Positions 62,033 through 64,000 of a stretch of DNA of 64,000 bases are shown here, piece by piece. The translations under genes were made by a program, and so were the position numbers. Source of the DNA: an uncultured virus (IMG/VR IMGVR_UViG_3300046750_000723) (lineage: Duplodnaviria; Heunggongvirae; Uroviricota; Caudoviricetes); the IMG/VR virus record IMGVR_UViG_3300046750_000723. One strand, given 5' to 3'. Positions within the stretch are counted from its first letter, which is position 1. Each line of letters starts with the position of its first letter. The notes below the pieces were generated by a model. It was not told the DNA's origin. It searched no databases and was given only the letters and a program-made list of their open reading frames with translations.

Positions 62033-63265
62033 ATGGGTGTATCGTCAGGTCCTAAAATAAAGAGAGATGGGTTGGTAATTTCCTTAGACTCGGGAAGTTC
62101 AATACGAGGGTTCACACCTAACGGTACATATTCTGCGGATAACATTATTAAAAATTTAATTGATAAGAGTGAATACCCAAGTACCTTCTCTCCACACTTA
62201 ACTGATGCACAATATTATACTTTATATGCCATAACTTACCCTGAAGGTAACTATAGTCCCGCATATAGAGATGGTGTCACACCAGGTCATAACGTACAAT
62301 TCGGAAATATGACTTATGGTGCTAGTAGGTCACTTAACTATTATGTTCATGATGGAGTTGATTGGGTACCTGATTCCTATTTCACAGGAATGAGAATAAA
62401 TGGTCATTGTTATGATTTATATTCATCTACGGATTATGTTAGTGAGTCAAATAAATTTTTAGATGATTATGAGATAATCAAATCAAATTTTCCTGATGCT
62501 ACTCACGTAATAATTGCAAGTCATGCAAATGATAGATATGATGTTACGGGAATTAGAGAGACTTTGGTGGATTTGGGGGCACCTAAAGAAGTTTTAACAT
62601 GGGCAAATGGAAGGAGAGAATTTGTTTTAGTTGGTAGACCTGGTTTAGGTGCAGGAAATGCATTCGGATGGGGTTATGAGAATGAATCGGGAGGTGCGGT
62701 TGCACATTTAAATAGTGTAATACCCTATGAAACCCCTACTGCGAATTTTACTTTTGATGGAACTAATGAGTTTATTGATTTCGGGAGTGATATAATGTTA
62801 TCACCAAATAATAAAGGATGGACAGCCGAATATGTTTTTTATACTCATAGTGCGTCCACCTTACAACATTTTAACTCTGCGGAAGCGGACGATTTTAACG
62901 CTAATTGGTTAGCAATATACCAATCGAAATTAGCGGTTTGGGATCATGGGCAAGGGGTATGGAAATATGGTAACACGGTATTTAATAGTGATACTTGGTA
63001 CCATGTTGCGTTCGTCCAAAAATCAGGAACTAGTATGCAGTACTATGTTAATGGTGAACCTGAGGGGGGTGACCACACGTCGTTTTCCTTTTCATCAAGT
63101 TTTAGTGCTTTGAAAACAAGATACGTTGGTAGATATGAATATAATGGTGGTTATTCAAGATATTTTAACGGTGAGATGCCGGTAATCAAACTGTACAAAC
63201 AACCTTTAGATGATAACCAAATTAAAAGAAATTTTAATTCTTATAAAAGAAGATTTAATATATAA
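62033..63265 (+). CDS. LamG/concanavalin A-like domain protein
   Basis: FDGTNEFI, WYHVAFV, YYVNG, YFNGEM..KLY..L...QIKRNFN. Confidence 0.8.
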   Translation: MGVSSGPKIKRDGLVISLDSGSSIRGFTPNGTYSADNIIKNLIDKSEYPSTFSPHLTDAQYYTLYAITYPEGNYSPAYRDGVTPGHNVQFGNMTYGASRSLNYYVHDGVDWVPDSYFTGMRINGHCYDLYSSTDYVSESNKFLDDYEIIKSNFPDATHVIIASHANDRYDVTGIRETLVDLGAPKEVLTWANGRREFVLVGRPGLGAGNAFGWGYENESGGAVAHLNSVIPYETPTANFTFDGTNEFIDFGSDIMLSPNNKGWTAEYVFYTHSASTLQHFNSAEADDFNANWLAIYQSKLAVWDHGQGVWKYGNTVFNSDTWYHVAFVQKSGTSMQYYVNGEPEGGDHTSFSFSSSFSALKTRYVGRYEYNGGYSRYFNGEMPVIKLYKQPLDDNQIKRNFNSYKRRFNI

Positions 63266-64000
63266 TGAATATAGGATCAAAAATACATACAGACAACTTA
63301 GTATTATCGGTGGATGCTCAAAGTATAAGATCGACATTAAGGAATTTACAAACAAGTAACATTCTTACAGATCCGGGGTTTTGGCAAACAGGTACTGGAG
63401 GTTTTACGGGGTATGGTTCTAATGGAAGTTCCACCGAACAATTAAGGGCGGTAATTTCTGATGATCCTTGGGGTAGACAATCGGTTATTTGGAGAACAAC
63501 ACCCGATGCAACTTCAGGTGCTGATGGTGGTTGGAATAGTAGTTATTATAATGTTGATGTACAATACACTTACAGGTATTCTGTTTGGGTTAGACGACAT
63601 ACTTCAGGAACGGGAGGTACCTTTTACATGGGAATGAACCCAAACCCAATAAGAAATGATAACGGATCCTCTCAAGGTAATCCTTATTTTACATACCCAT
63701 CAATTTCAAATTTAATACATAATCAATGGTATTTGGTGGTTGCTCACGTATTTTATGCGGGTTATAGTGGTGGTAGACATCCTAAATCGGGGTGGTATGA
63801 AAATGGGACTAAAATAAGTGATAAAAGTTATGGTAATTGTGGTGATCAAGACACCAGATGGAATGAAACAACCACATCGGCACAACACAGAACTTATCAT
63901 TTTTATACAACAAACACGTCATCGGGGCTTGAATTTGCATATCCAAGAATCGACAAAATTGACGGTAATGAACCAACAATTGAACAATTATTATTTAGGG
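63265..64000 (+). CDS. 3'-truncated paralog of the two upstream LamG-family genes (absent from the ORF track)
   Basis: ATG at 63265 (TAATG overlap), open to the window end: MNIGSKIHTDNLVLSVDA...YRYSVWVRR...WYLVVAHV. The N-terminus parallels GPxIxxxGLVxxxD. Confidence 0.75.
   Translation, partial: MNIGSKIHTDNLVLSVDAQSIRSTLRNLQTSNILTDPGFWQTGTGGFTGYGSNGSSTEQLRAVISDDPWGRQSVIWRTTPDATSGADGGWNSSYYNVDVQYTYRYSVWVRRHTSGTGGTFYMGMNPNPIRNDNGSSQGNPYFTYPSISNLIHNQWYLVVAHVFYAGYSGGRHPKSGWYENGTKISDKSYGNCGDQDTRWNETTTSAQHRTYHFYTTNTSSGLEFAYPRIDKIDGNEPTIEQLLFR

Noticed and set aside
1..64000. Stop-codon reassignment (TAG or TGA recoding)
   Set aside because: Very long ORFs are intact under code 11, coding density is high, and TAG/TGA stops coincide with natural protein ends.
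54000..64000. Diversity-generating retroelement or shufflon acting on fibre genes
   Set aside because: No reverse transcriptase or invertase is in the window, repeats are direct and in frame, and I saw no adenine-specific TR/VR mismatch pattern.

Overview
An AT-rich, gene-dense, almost entirely plus-strand segment of a large tailed bacteriophage genome (jumbo-phage-like). The host is probably in Bacteroidota, inferred from a Bacteroidota-type sigma-70, ClpP, Hc1-like protein, SprB repeats and A-rich leaders with few obvious Shine-Dalgarno sites. Layout: (1) 1-21.4 kb, baseplate-like and putative virion-surface proteins built from Pro/Thr linkers, a 17-fold repeated CDFDIDVD motif, cadherin, SprB, vWA, propeller and Cys-rich modules; (2) 21.4-30 kb, replication/recombination genes (RuvC-like, primase, PD-(D/E)xK nuclease, Mre11/Rad50-like) plus two cytidylyltransferases; (3) 30-44.7 kb, ClpP, sigma factor, membrane/lysis-like genes, acidic head-like proteins, PAP2, Dam-like methylase, NusG, AAA ATPase, Trx and Grx; (4) 44.8-64 kb, tail-fibre genes including a 2934-aa S74-chaperone fibre and LamG-family paralogs. 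The most notable signals are a candidate scaffold/docking system among the PT-rich proteins, a candidate -1 frameshift on an A10 run at 34315-34324, a structured intergenic RNA at about 22105-22193, a three-hairpin leader over the long fibre start codon, two promoter classes, and a degenerate Hint-like domain. I found no tRNA, rRNA, CRISPR array, integrase or reverse transcriptase by eye. All family calls are from motif recognition, not database searches.
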